A stretch of DNA of 64,000 nucleotides from Octopus sinensis. Taxonomy: Eukaryota. The notes beneath the pieces were generated by a model. It saw only the letters and a program-made list of their open reading frames with translations. It ran no database searches and was not told the origin of the DNA. Below are positions 27,385-41,745 of this stretch, one piece after another; the stretch's first letter is position 1; each line of letters begins with the position of its first letter. Position numbers and translations under genes: made by a program. The stretch covers positions 72,354,001-72,418,000 of the forward strand of contig NC_043002.1 in the NCBI RefSeq assembly GCF_006345805.1, read 5' to 3'.

Positions 27385-27800
27385 CACAAATGACCGAAAT
27401 GAGTTTATTCCGAAGGGTCTCCGGAATAACGTTACACGACAGGGTGCATAGGTCGGATATCAGGGAGTCCCTCCAGGTTGAGTTGCAACTTCGCATTGAA
27501 AGGTCGCACAGAGGTATTAAGGACACGTCATAAGAATTTCGCAGGAAAGAATAACAAGACGGATTCTTCGAGCTGAGTCAACCAACAAGAGACCAAGAAC
27601 GAGATGGTTGCATAATACTCATAGGTTCGATTGATTTTGCTCGGAGAATTCAGCCGGAAAATCTAATGATAGTTCCTTCTGTTATGACACTTTGAAGGGG
27701 GGGGGCGCCTGAAGACTATACACTATACACTAATATTCTTTAGGATGGTGCCCCAGTATGGCCACAGTCTAATGACTGAAACAAGTAAAACATAAAAGAT
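27385..27800 (+). mobile_element. RTE-clade LINE 3' remnant
   Basis: EMSLFRRVSGITLHDRVHRSDIRESLQVE...ITRRILRAESTNKRPRTRWL, followed by the tail GGTGCCCCAGTATGGCCACAGTCTAATGACTGAAACAAGTAAAA. Confidence 0.8.
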
Positions 27801-27831
27801 AAATATATATTTGATAATATATATATATTTG

Positions 27832-27866
<35 letters not shown>

Positions 27867-28429
27867 AGAGTTTACGAAGAAAACAAAAGACGAAGACGGG
27901 TGGTGTACAAAACAAACAGATGTATTAGTATAACGCTCAGGAATAGAAAAAGTCTTTTACGTTTCGAGTCTACGCTCTTCTACAGAAAGGGACACAGAAA
28001 AAACAAGGAGAGAAACAAGGAGAGAAAAAAGGAGAGAGAAATGGAGAGAGAAAAAAGGATAGAAAAATATATATATATACATACATATAGTTAGAACACA
28101 TGTTTGTGTGCCAGTATTCCATAGTTTGACCAAATTTAACTATCACCATTTTGTTTTCTCTTTTAGCATAGCATATTCAAGGATTCTTTATACTACATAG
28201 TCATCCATTTGTAAGATAGTGTAAAATGTGAAGCAATTCAGTTACTTATTTTAGCAGGTTGACTGATTTTATAGAGGCTCTTTCATTGGCAGATTTGTAA
28301 TTTTTACTTATAACTAATCAGACAGCTAACATAGATTCATATCTAATTAAAAGCTTTGCTGGTGTTAAATTTCTAGGATTAGTGGGGGTGGGGGATTAGA
28401 TGAATAGATGGAAGAATGGTACACACAGC

Positions 28430-28835
28430 ATACAAAATATAGTAATGTCCCAAGAGGAAAGCCGTCACTTAGGGCCCGTCAAAGAAACCATAGATCCAGG
28501 ATTATCCTGATGACTAAGAGTAACTGTCTTCATCAGAGCTCTGGATTACAAGTGTATGCTGAAGGTAAGTTCATTAATTCGAACCGTACTGGACACTTTC
28601 ACCCACCTTTCGACAAATATATTCGGAGCAGCACCTCCCACTTTACCCATAACTCCCTCTCCAAGTGGAACTCGGAAAAAAAATGATGAGTGCTTGACCG
28701 AAAGGGAAAGGCCTTGACTTCAGACCTTTTAATTCTGTTCACCTCACAATCTTCTTCGCCATAGCTATCAGACAGAAGAAAACCGCTTGATAAGTGTGAT
28801 CTTCACGATGGATATAGCCTATAGTGAGATACGTT
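28430..28835 (-). mobile_element. Tx1/L1-type LINE 3' remnant
   Basis: SIVKIT..AVFFCLIAMAKKIV..LKGLKS..GQALI aligns with 5990-6210; its 3'UTR is similar to 52690-52750. Confidence 0.6.
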
Positions 28836-29491
28836 CTACATGTGACAACTGTTGTTTAAATTAACACCATTAATTAAAAATACTTGATCACTAAAAGAGC
28901 ATACATCTGGAAAAGTTCTAAGTAGCGACACTTCCGTATCGGCAGAGTTTAATTCTAACTGGTAGTGACACCCTGTAACATCTCTAGACAGGGATTTTTC
29001 TAAGTTAACCATAGACGCTGAACCGAAATTCTTCCCAAGCTGGTTCTCATCGAGCTCCAAAGTTTCTTTAAGAATGTCACCAATCTTTCCTGTCACTAGT
29101 CCTCAAATCAAGTTCCACCGGTTGCATTACCCAAATGGTAGAGGACCGTGAGTTCCGAAAAATATTTACTTTACATATATATAGGCATGTAAACTTAAGC
29201 GCGCGAGCGCGTACACACACACACATGTAGTCGAGATCAACCAAAGTCGAAGCACAAGCAGACTGTCATTTTTTGTATGATAAACACACTGACAGACAGA
29301 CACACACACATACACAATTCCATAATATACAATACATTATATTCATATACATACGCATACATATATATGTGTGTGTGTGTGTGGTGTGTGTGTGTGTGTG
29401 AGGAGTAAAGAATAGCTCACTTTCCCCTTTCTTCCTAGATGTACAGATGTGTGTGCCTATGTATGCATAAGTATGTATTTAGATAGTTAGT

Positions 29492-29615
<124 letters not shown>

Positions 29616-30474
29616 GCATTTATGTTTTGCTATGTATGTAAGGACCCACTACTGTTTGCCAAGGACAGAATATTTTTAAACTTTTCCATCAAGGATCTTC
29701 CAATTCTCTCAAAACAGCACAAACAAGAAGCTAATCCCAGTGAGAATATTCAAAATTCTACTTCGTTAAATTCGCCATTCCCTAAAGCTCAGCTGTTTCA
29801 TTCTGGTGACTGCTTTGAAGATAAAAACATTTGCGGCATTTCCTTGGCATTACTCCTAAGGAAGTCGTTATAACAGATCAGCCACTCCTGGTCTGAAGAC
29901 CCCTCATCAAATGTAGCTGGGTTTTTTTTTTATAAACTCCAGCATATACAGTAAATTTATCAGATTGTTTTTGTTAGTTTTTGTTTTATTGTATTTTATT
30001 TCTCTGTCAGTCTGAATACCGTTGAGAAGCCAACGGTGTGAAAACTTGGACAAAAGCCAATATATGACTCAATGATATTCACGATTAAAATCTTAAAATC
30101 TTACATCTTATTCAATAAGTTTGTTAATGTAAATCCTCCTTTCTATTTATTTTGCAGATATATGCGTTTGTGTCAAGTCGTTGGAGAATGTCCAGTCGGT
30201 TAAGGGCTTTCTTTACTGTTTTTTTTTCTGCAGTTATTTCAACAGATATTTCTCAGAAACGCTTTTGATTCCTTGATGACGAATACTTTCGTTTGGCTTA
30301 TTAAGAATTAAGGGGTAGAAGAAATAAAAAAAGAAATGTGCACTGTGTACTCATAGTTGCACTGTACATACATACATACATACATACATACACACAAATA
30401 TAAACATACTAATATGTACACGCATACATACACACACATATATATACATACATACGCTATATACACATACATAC

Positions 30475-30522
<48 letters not shown>

Positions 30523-30701
30523 CGCATATATACATACATACACACACATATATATATGTATGTATGTATAGACGCATACACAGAGATACACACATACGCA
30601 CGCACAGGGTGTATGTAAGTAATATTTAACTTATTTTATTTAATAATTTATCACTCTCTCTTTCTCCTACTCTGTGTACGTACATATATACATGCATGCA
30701 T

Positions 30702-30788
<87 letters not shown>

Positions 30789-31689
30789 TATATTTGTATT
30801 TGTGTCTACCTGTCTTCGTACTTTAAATTCCTGATTCAGAATGCGGTCTACCGTTCATAACAGATTAGTTCACCGTTTTTGTTTTTTTTTAATTTCTTTT
30901 CGGTGTAAAAATAATAGCGTTTGATATTAATCATAATGTGAACGTTCGGATCCAGTTAAAGTTCAGATTTCTGTATCATATCAACGAAATGGACTTTTTT
31001 TCCTTGTCTTCGATCACTTGCAATATTTTTTAAAAATAAAAACAGAATGAACAATCGAGACTAAGTCAACGCTAAGAACTCTGTTGTTATTGTTGTTGTT
31101 GCTTTTAATTTCTTCTTTCACCTTCAGACAGACATTTCAATATCTTTATAAATCGATACAGCTCATGGACTATTAGTGAATTTGATACAAAGGCAAAATT
31201 TTCGAAGCTGCTTGTAATCATATATATGTCTACCTATCCGTCAGTCAAAATGAATGTCGAGCTTTCTTTTAGCTAATCTATCTGTCTGTCTCCATCCATC
31301 TCCTCGCACACACACACACAAAGGTGCGCGCGCGCCGGCGCTGGTGTCACGTAAAAAAAGCATCCAGTCCACACTGTGTAATGGTCGGCATTTGGAAGGG
31401 CATCCAGCCGTAAAAACCATGCCAAAACAGACACAGCAGCCTGGTACAGTCTTCTACCTGGCCAGCTCTTGTCAAAACGTCCAACCCATGCCAATATGGA
31501 AGATGGACGTTAAATGATGATGAGGAGGATTCAGGAGTGGCTGTGTGTAAGTAGATTGCTTACCAACCACATGGTTCGGGGTTCAGTCCCACTGCGTGGC
31601 ACCTTGGGCAAGTGTCTTCTACTATAGCCTCGGGCCGACCAAAGCCTTGTGAGTGGATTTGGTAGACGGAAACTGAAAGAAGCCCGTCG

Positions 31690-31772
<83 letters not shown>

Positions 31773-32052
31773 ATGTATGTAAGTATGTATGTATGTGTGT
31801 GTGTATATGTTTGTGAGTCAGTGTTTGTCTCCCCACCCCAACATCACTTGACAACGGATGCTGGTGTGTTTACGTCCCCGTAAACTAGCGGTTCGGCAAA
31901 AGAGACTGGTAGAATAAGTACTAGGCTTGCAAAGAATAAGTCCTGGGGTCGATTCGCTTGACAAAAGGCGGTGCTCCAGCATGTCCGCAGTCAAATGACT
32001 GAAACAAGTAATAGAATAAATGGAAAAGAATACACACGTACGTACACACACA

Positions 32053-32109
<57 letters not shown>

Positions 32110-32113
<4 letters not shown>

Positions 32114-32356
32114 GTGTTCAAAAAGTCTCTCCGCAGTGAATTTTTTCATCCTGATTCTCCAAGATATATTTCAAAGCATGTGTAGAAGAGGCAACTTATT
32201 TAATGAAAATAAAGGACAACACTTCCAACACCTCGTATAATGTTTTTTTTTTTTTTTTTAAAGTCTTGTAAAGTCTAATATATTCTTTTGTACCATGTTA
32301 TAAATATTTATTTTGCAATAAAATACTAACTGCGGAGAGACTTTTTGAACACCCTA
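32110..32356 (+). mobile_element. Tc1/mariner MITE retaining the transposase C-terminus
   Basis: Perfect 27-bp TIR AGGGTGTTCAAAAAGTCTCTCCGCAGT; internal QSMCRRGNLFNENKGQHFQHLV*. Confidence 0.85.
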
Positions 32357-32676
32357 TATAAATATATGTGTGTGTGTGTATATTTATATATGTATGTATG
32401 TGTATATTTGTGTGTGTGATTATCATCAACCTCTGGAAATTGCTTTCTCGAGTTCCAGGATTCATATGGCATGTTACCTGAAACCACATTTGTGCCCTGA
32501 AGGAGATGCCAGTCCGTCAGAGAGTTGCTCATTTACAACTGAATGATCTGTAGCAACGTGGAATGAAATGTTTTTTTTGCTCAAGAACGCAACGCACCAC
32601 CTGGTCCGGGAATTGAAACCACCATCTTGCGAGCAACATCCTAGCCACTTGGCCGCACACCTTCACTTATATGTGT

Positions 32677-32717
<41 letters not shown>

Positions 32718-33039
32718 GTGTGTGTGTGAACAGACATACACCCATACCACACATACGCGCGCACACACACATTTCTATCTTCTCACGCACACACGTGCTC
32801 AATGCATATGTCTGTCTATCTAATTAAATATCTACATCTAATCTATATCTCTATGTTTGGCAGCTTATCTCTATATCTTAGTAGTTCTGAGCGTTTAAGC
32901 ATTAAAAGAAGGATTTAATTTTAATGATAATTCTAACGTTATAATTAGCATTGAAAATAAGAGCTAATAATTAAATAATTATGAATTTAAGAATGGGAAA
33001 ATTATGACATTTTTAAAATGAAGATATAGTAAATAATCT

Positions 33040-33279
33040 TATTAATAGTTATCGCCAAGCTAAACTGGCAGTTCGGGAAAATAGGACGAATGCTGCTGTT
33101 GATTAGCTCTAAGAGGCCATCGCCTCTAGCTAGCTATGTGACACACGAACCTGTGTCCATTGTAACAGGTTCGTGTGTCACATAGCTAGCTAGAGGTGAT
33201 GGCCTCTTGGAGCTAATCAACGGCAGCATTCGTTCTATTTTCCTGGACTGCCATGTTAGCTTGGCAATAACTATTAATA
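33040..33279. repeat. long near-perfect palindrome
   Basis: 115-nt arms, 10-nt loop (33155-33164), 9 mismatches. Confidence 0.95.
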
Positions 33280-33981
33280 TCCAGTACCGCTATCGTAGTC
33301 TCCCTTATAGGGACTTAGAAATATTAATATTTCTATCAATAATTGTTATTGCTATCATAATTTCGAAAAGCAGCGAACTGGCAGAATCGTTAACACGTTG
33401 GGCAAAATGTTTACCGGCATTTCGTTCGTCTATACGTTGTGAGTTCAAATCTGGAAAGACGAAAGGCTGTCAAGCTGTGTTCAAATTGCACCCAGCTTGA
33501 CAGCCTTTCGTCTTTCCGGATTTGTTGAAATAAGTAACACACGGGTCGATGTAATCGGTTATCGTCACAAAAACACGCACACACACACACACAGATTTTT
33601 AGGTGTGTGGTTTAGAGGTTACGCTTAGGGGTATTGCATTCACGATTCTATACATATATATATATATATATATACACTGAAAAGTGCAAATTAATCTTTA
33701 TTAGATAGCACGAAATCTTAAAATATAGGATTATCCAAAATTTTTCAATCTTGCTCATTCCACCTTGGGTTATAGAACACATTTAGAGTAGATTGTAGGT
33801 ATTTGACATCTACTTCTAGCGTATAGGTTCTACATTCCAGCGCCCTTAATTATAATTATATTTTTATAATTGTATACTTAAAAATTAATTTTTACCGATA
33901 TAGTCGGTTTTTTTTTATATGTTAGCCACTGATATAAACATTTTAATGATTATATCTTCAATTTATAAGTGTATATATATA

Positions 33982-34751
33982 CTGGGTGCGGTGAATATAT
34001 TGTCGCCTAAATTACACAGAAATGAAAATAACACTGACATCTCATTACCAAACAATGATTACCAAAATTACATTAAAATAACTTGAAATACTGAGCAGTA
34101 AATTTATTCTGTAAAATCGCCATTGGCTTCAACTACGGCCTCCAGACGACTCCGAAATCTCTTGCAACTCTTCTGGACGGTCTCCTTGTTTAAGTAGGTG
34201 ATTGCTACCATAATCCTTGCCTTCAGTTTATCTTTGGTGTTAAAAAGAAGTTTTCTTGGTCTGTCGCTCGACTGCGCCCCACACATAATAATCAAGGGGG
34301 TTGCAGTCTGGGGAGTTAGGTGGCTAGATGTTAGGCGGGATGTGGTCTCAGAAATTGTCTGACAGCCATGACTGGGTTCTCCTGCTTGTGTGGCATGTTG
34401 CAGAGTCCTGTTGCCAGACATAAGGTCTTCCATCAGCTATCCTCTTTACCCAGGGCAGCACTACCTCCTCTAGGCACTTGATGTAAGCCTCCGTGTTCAG
34501 TGTAAGGCCGTATGGGAAGACGAATGGAGGCATAACTTCGCCATCACTAGTGATCACTCCAAACACGATGATGTTGATAGGATGTTTGGATTTTATCACT
34601 CTCGGTACATGTTTTGGGGACTCAGATTGACACGCAACACTGAAATATTCGTACTGGAGCTTCCGGCGCGAATGCCAAACAGTACAGCATGTCATTTCCT
34701 AATTTCTGGCAGAAAAATATAAAACGACGACAATTTACCCAAGGCACCCTG
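33982..34751 (-). mobile_element. internally deleted maT (DD37D) transposon
   Basis: WQQDSATCH...PPNSPDCNPLDYYVWG with 37 residues between the last two Asp; imperfect TIRs CTGGGTGCGGTGAATATATTGTCG and CAGGGTGCCTTGGGTAAATTGTCG. Confidence 0.85.
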
Positions 34752-34761
34752 TGTATATGTA

Positions 34762-34797
<36 letters not shown>

Positions 34798-35020
34798 AAA
34801 GATAGATAGATAGATAGATACCCTTTTACATGTTTCAGTCATTTGACTGTGACCATGCTGCAGCACCGCCTTTAGTCGAGCAAATAGACCCCAGGACTTA
34901 TTCTTTGTAAGCATAGTACTTATTCTATCGGTCTCTTTTGACGAACCACTAAGTTACGCGAACGTAAACACACCAACATCGGTTGTCAAGCGATGTTGGG
35001 GGGACAAACACAGACACACA

Positions 35021-35059
<39 letters not shown>

Positions 35060-35221
35060 GACGGGCTTCTTTCAGTTTCCGTCTACCAAATCCACTCACA
35101 AGGCTTTGGTCGGCCCGAGGCTATAGTAGAAGACACTTGCCCAAGGTGCCATGCAATAGGACTGAACCCGGAACCATGTGGTTCGTAAGCAAGCTTCTTA
35201 CCACACAGCCACTCCTACGCC

Positions 35222-35305
<84 letters not shown>

Positions 35306-35942
35306 CATGCGTCAAACTGAAACTCTGAATAGCGATGAAATGAATAGTTAGCTACAAATGAATATATTCAGTTATGGTTTATTTAATTACCCATTTGTAA
35401 CACGTGAAAGTGGTTCAATAAGGTTATTTTTCATTTTGAAAATCACATGATTATTTGAACCAATTAAATATACTTCCATCATATCAGCTCAAATGGACTT
35501 TCAACCTTTCTGTATACCACATGACTCTGTTCTGAAGCTATTTTCAGTCCATCATGATTGGACACCGATAGGGCGTTCTTACTTTCAAGCTGTTTAAAAG
35601 CGACGACGCAGCGGAATGGTTAAGCACGCTGGGTAAAGTGCAAAGTGGTATTCCTTCCCGTTCTTTATATTCCGAGTTCAAATCCCGCCTTCACCTTTCA
35701 TGCTTTCAGGGTCGATAAAAGGAATACTAGCCAAGTACTAAAGTCGATTTAAAGTCAAAATTGCTGGCTTTGTGCCAAAATTACAAATGAATTTTAAGCC
35801 GTTTTGAAATAAAAACGCAATGTCTGTTTTGAGCAATATTTTTTCCACCGTTACATAAGCATTACCATTTCTCGTTTTTGTCAGCGTTTGTCGCAGTGCT
35901 TGCTGGCAGCACGCCGAACTGCAAAACTGTACCGTCTCTCTG

Positions 35943-36000
<58 letters not shown>

Positions 36001-36001
36001 G

Positions 36002-36053
<52 letters not shown>

Positions 36054-37096
36054 GCACACATACACTATCTCTTGTAATTGAATCAATTACAAGAGATATA
36101 CAAGAGTATAATCAAAGGAATATTTTTCTCGTATTTTTCTTTGTCAGTAACAGTTATACTTCAAAATAACATTGAATTAGGCAAAACTCGTCGTACATTT
36201 ATTTTCATATAAATTTTACCTGAAAAACAAATATTGTTCCACAAATACCCTCTGCCATCAACAAACAGGTTTCTATCTTGTGAACATTTAGTCATTTTGT
36301 TTCATACGAAATATTTTCAATTTTTCGCAAATTAATTTTCTGTTTTTATGTGACCAATGCAAATATTAATGAAAAAAAAAAGGCATGGGATGGGGGCGAT
36401 ACATACCCTACTCACAGATAAATTTGTTCGCAAATTATAGTTTGGCTTACAATGCGTTACTTACCTGTGCTTATTAACTGAACTGAATTAAGTTTTGTAA
36501 GTGTTTGGCTAAACTTGCTTATCAGGAAATTTGTAAGTTCGATTAAAAAATTTTTTTTTCTATTTTTAATTATCACCATTATAGGTATTTATACTCCGAT
36601 AAAATTAAGAAATCAACTCGAAAATAAAGGTAACCCTCGAATCCATCTCTGTACACACACACACACACATACACACACAGACACACACACACACGCACAC
36701 ACACACACACCACATACACGCACGGTAGCATATCTATGTATGTATTTATGTATGTTTGAAGATAATCAAACTAAGTTTTCATCCTTTCGAGCCACCCACC
36801 CAATGAGTATTTCTGCCAAATTTGGTGAAAATGCAGTCTGACATTTTCCAGTAATTTTGCAAACAAACTAAGACGATACCATGCTTTCATTTACGCGCGC
36901 AGGGTAACATTAATAACAATAATGATGATGATGATGATGATGATAATAATACTTTCTACTATAGGCACAAGGCCTGAAATTATGGTGAAAGGGATCTAGT
37001 CTAAAATAGGTGCTCAACTTGCAAAATAAGGTATGTATGTATGTATGTATGTATGTATGTATGTATGTATGTATGTATGTATACTTGTGTTTATTT

Positions 37097-37147
<51 letters not shown>

Positions 37148-37263
37148 GAAGATATGAATTTCGAATAGTCACATATCTGTCTATCACACATATTGTGAAG
37201 GTAATGAACAAAAGCTAAGACATTTAAGACATATATATGTGTGTGTGTGTGTATTTTATTTGA

Positions 37264-37310
<47 letters not shown>

Positions 37311-37542
37311 ATAATAGTGTACATGTTGAAGGCAGTTTTCTCTTGTGTTTAAATGCACACTATTTTATATTGAGAATATGTTGCCTATTGCCTTTTTATA
37401 CATGCTAGGCCACTGGTGGTGAAATTTCTAAAAACATTCCCTACCCTATATTTTACACACACACACACACACATTCATATAGTTATAGCTTTGTGTGAGT
37501 GTGTGTATTATGTGTATTGTTGGGTAAGAATGTAAATAGGTT

Positions 37543-37860
37543 CATTATCGAACACTTCAGTCTTGAAATACTTTCGTGATTGAATATATTCGTTCTATCT
37601 TAGAAATGCTACGATACACCAGTAACTATAGTGATGCACGCCATTTTCTCCAAAACGGTTAAGTTTTATGTTTGTGTGGCTTCAGTTGTTTTGTCGATCT
37701 GCCGGTGGTTATATATTCGAAAATCAATATTCTAACGAATATTAGTAGAAGATATCCAACTCCATAGTTTTTCAATTATATTATCCATATTGAATATTTA
37801 TCAATTTAATGTTTTCATTAAATTATGAAAATATTTAAGGAACGGAAGTGTTCGATAATG
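37543..37860. mobile_element. MITE-like element with about 40-bp imperfect TIRs
   Basis: CATTATCGAACACTTC(A/C)GT... inverted at both ends. Confidence 0.55.
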
Positions 37861-38589
37861 TTCGACATTGTTTATTGTGTCTGATCACAATAGTTAGGAG
37901 GGGGCCTGTGTCTGCCGGTGAAGCCGAATGGTTTAATGCTAGTTATAAAACTTTAATTAAATTAATTTCAAATGATACTTTACAAAAATAATATAGTTTT
38001 AGTTTCAAAAACTGAAAAAATTGCATATTATTTTCATTATATCAGAAGTTCTTTCATCACAGTATTTATTGTAAAACTGTGAGCCCTGCTTAAAACAACA
38101 TTAAACTAATCTCTTGTACCTCAACCTATTCTCATTTTCCTTCTCCCACTCAATCAGTCTTTTCGTGTTTTCCAATGAGTGAAATATGATAAACATCTCA
38201 TCCTTCCACTCACTTTCATTTTACGTCTTTATTATTCATTCATTCTCTATTTGCTGTTTGATTGCACCTTACTTCCATTCTGGCTCCTTAGTGTAATAAT
38301 TCAACCGATGTCTGTCTGCCTAATTTCGCTCAGAAGGCTTTGGTTAACTCGGCAAAACTTGCTTTAGATGCGACACAGTGGGATCGAGTCCGGACTTTGT
38401 ATTGCGAAGTAAACTGCTTAATCATTTGGTCATGCGGTGTCCACACACATACATAATGCACACGCGTGCACACATGTATATACATAGTTATATGCATATA
38501 CTTCGCTTTTTCTTTATTAGTATACTTTCTTGAAGGAGAGAGCTGATTTCTAACAAAAGCTTCATTATCGGAATTTGAGTAAAAATAAT

Positions 38590-38880
38590 AACTGTTACAT
38601 ATCGAACTTTAAAGGCGTACATATATTTTTACTGTTCCACGCGCAGATTGAATTTGTAAAGTGCATGTTACTCGGTCTCTTTCTGTGCTTGAAGATTCTA
38701 AAATTTCCAGATTGTCCACATAGACAATTAGTAACATAGCCAAATGCACCAATGATTAATGGTATAAATGTAAATTTATAATCCAAGTAGAGGACCTAAG
38801 GTTTCGAAGCGGTCGCCCATAGATATTCTCTTCGCAAATTTTGGAAGACATATTCAATTTGCAGGTCACCTAGCCTCTAT
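38590..38880 (-). mobile_element. RLE-type non-LTR retrotransposon 3' remnant
   Basis: DYKFTFIPLIIGAFGYVTNCL resembles the region just after the RLE core (IPIIVGALG). Confidence 0.55.
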
Positions 38881-38889
38881 GATTCTATA

Positions 38890-39095
38890 CGAGGGAATGC
38901 TGAAAAGTGTATGACATTGAGTAAAAAAATACAGGAGGATCAGTAAATTATGATTTTATTCAATATATTTCCCTCTCAGATTGACACACTTATTGCAGAG
39001 GTCCTCTAAGCCTTGTAAAAGAACTCAGGAGATTGGGCCTCCAACCAAGCCTTTCGTGATGCCCTTAAAGCCAGCAACTATTCAGCACTCCCTCG
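38890..39095. mobile_element. mariner MITE
   Basis: TA-CGAGGGAATGCTGAAAAGT ... ACTATTCAGCACTCCCTCG-TA. Confidence 0.8.
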
Positions 39096-40655
39096 TATGA
39101 CTTTTTTTTTTCTGTCCCAAATAACTGAATTGGGTCTGTTATGCTTGCACTTGGCAGAAGCTTTTGATGGGATGCATAAGTATGTGTTCTTCTCTTTCGT
39201 TTTTTTTTTAAATTTAGTGTAAATCTTGACGGTCTCCGGCTTGGTAGCGAGATTGCGAAAGGAAAGCATCTTTTTTTGTTCATCATCCTTTAAATCTTAA
39301 GGGGGTCTTGCAGATTTTTGTAGTCTCAAATATCGTAATCATTTGTAGTGTATGGATTAAAGATACGCGTTCATTCTCCAAGAAGACAAGTTCAGCCATA
39401 CTTTGCTCCAGCTGGGTTGGTATGTCTTCTGTTGGTATGAAGATGAAAGTGTATGTATGTATATGTATGTGTGTATGTATGTATGTATGTATGTATGTAT
39501 GTATGTATGTATGTATGTATGGGTGCCTGTGGGTGTATGTATGTGTGTGTGTATGTATGTACGAATGTACGTATGTATGTTCGCATGTATGCATGAATGG
39601 ATGAATTGATGGATGGATGGTTGGTAGGATGGTTGGATCGATAAGGATACGTGTACTTTCTCTCTGACTTCCATCAAACGTTACGAGTGTCAAGAGCATT
39701 AGTACTAACATAGTCATAATATATAAATGAATTTATTCTTCTATAATTTTTTTAAACAACAAAAAAAAAGATAGCTTCTTCTTTAGCGCATGCGTACTCT
39801 CTCCATCCTGCTTCTTAAAACCTCGCCCAAAGAACTCTGTTCTCTTGGGACATCATAAATTATTCTCCTCAGTACAATGTTTGTTTTAATAGTTAAAACA
39901 TCGCTTGAACATCCAATATCGTTTTACCGTTGCTTGCTGAATTTGTGCATCTGTCGACGTTAGAGCTTCTGCGTTGTTGCTACACCTGCTAGACATAGCA
40001 GTAATCTCACCCTTTAAAAAGATACATAGGTTTATGTAGTCTGAGGGACACTATGACAGCAATTAAGCAAGATATTTACGTATGGAATGCTTTTATTATA
40101 AGTCTGTTGATCGGAACAGACTCGAGAAGCTAGACAGCGACAACATCAGTACTGTCAACAAGAGTAACGGCAACAACAATAACAATAAAAATTACCAACA
40201 AAACATTTAGTAACTAAAGTACCAACAGCGTGCGTTATACATACGTATATATATATTTCTTTACTACCCACAAGGGGCTAAACACAGAGGGGACAAACAA
40301 GGACAGACAAACGGATTAAGTCGATTACATCGACTCCAGTGCGTAACTGGTACTTAATTTATCGACTCCGAAAGGATGAAAGGCAAAGTCGACCTCTGCG
40401 GAATTTGAACTCAGAATGTAGCGGCAGACAAAATACAGGTACGCATTTCGCCCGGCGTGCTAACGTTTCTGCCAGCTCGCCGCCTTTTATATATTATGCA
40501 TATACACACACTCACACACACATACATACATACATATACATACATACATACATACATACATACATACATGCATACATACATACATACATACTACATACAT
40601 ACATACATACATACATACACACGCACACACACATATATATATACGCACATGTATA

Positions 40656-41745
40656 CAGGCGTTGGACAAAATAATGGAAACATCTAGCACCATAGCATCA
40701 TAATTCTGAAATATCTATAAAACCATCAAAAGCTTGTTTATTTTTATGTTTTTGATTTATTATTAGTGTTGTTTAATATGTTTTGCTAAAATTGTTGTTT
40801 CTTTTAAGATATCATCAGAAAAAGGTAATTAAAATTCATTAAAATGACAGATCTATCGGACTTTCAAAGAGGTCAAATTGTTGGTTCTCGTATGGCAGGC
40901 GCTAGCGTAACAAAAACAGCTGAAATGTTTGGTGTATCAAGAAGTACTGTCTCGAAAGTAATGACAGCCTTTGAGAAAGAGGGAAAAAGCTCCGTGTTGA
41001 AACAAACTCCGAAAGAAAACCAAAACCTTCAGATAGGGACCGTCGGACTCTTACGTGAATTGTTAAAAAGGATCATAAAAGAACATCTCCAAAAATTACT
41101 GAAGAGCTTAATGACCACGTCGAGAACCCACTTTCCACAAAAACTGTTCCTCGGGAGCTGCACAAAGCCGGAATTCACGGGAGGGCTGCAATCAAAAAAA
41201 CCACTACTTTCAAAAACAAACGTTGCAAAGCGTTTCGAGTGGAGTAAAAACCTACAGAATTGGTCCCTAGAGCAGTGGAAGAATGTTATTTTCTCGGACG
41301 AGTCATCTTTTACCATATTTCCGTCCACCGTCCAAGTATAGGTGTGGAGATAGCCAAAAGAATCATTTGACCTAGGTTGCTTTCTTCCAACTGTTAAACA
41401 TGGAGGAGAATCTGTGATGATCTGTGTGTGAGTGTGTGGGGAGGCTATATCTTGGAAATCCGCCGGCCCATTGGTTTCCCTTCATGGCAGAATTAATAGT
41501 CAAGACTATGTATCTTATTTGATCAAATTCATCCTATGGTTGCGGAACTGATTCCGGAAGGAAACACAATCTTTCAGGATGATAATGCACCAATTCACAC
41601 AGCTAAAGTTATTACTGAATGGCACGAGGAACAGTCTAGTGAAGTTGAACATCTTATCTGGCCACCACAGTCCCCAGATCTTAATATTATCGAACTTTTA
41701 TGGTGCATTTTAGAAAAACAAGTAAGGAGACGATATCCTTCACCA
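40656..41745 (+). mobile_element. Tc1 (DD34E-type) transposon, frameshifted, right end missing
   Basis: TA-CAGGCGTTGGACAAAATAATGGAAAC terminus; MTDLSDFQRGQIVG HTH, VIFSDESSF, FQDDNAPIH and WPPQSPDLNIIELLW. Confidence 0.92.

Noticed and set aside
28836-29096. 86-aa non-repetitive ORF
   Set aside because: No recognisable homology; abuts a decayed Tx1 remnant.
30005-30055. CTGAATA-CCGTTG/CAACGG-TGTGAAA hammerhead-like hairpin
   Set aside because: G8 is missing and no helix I or III is in register.
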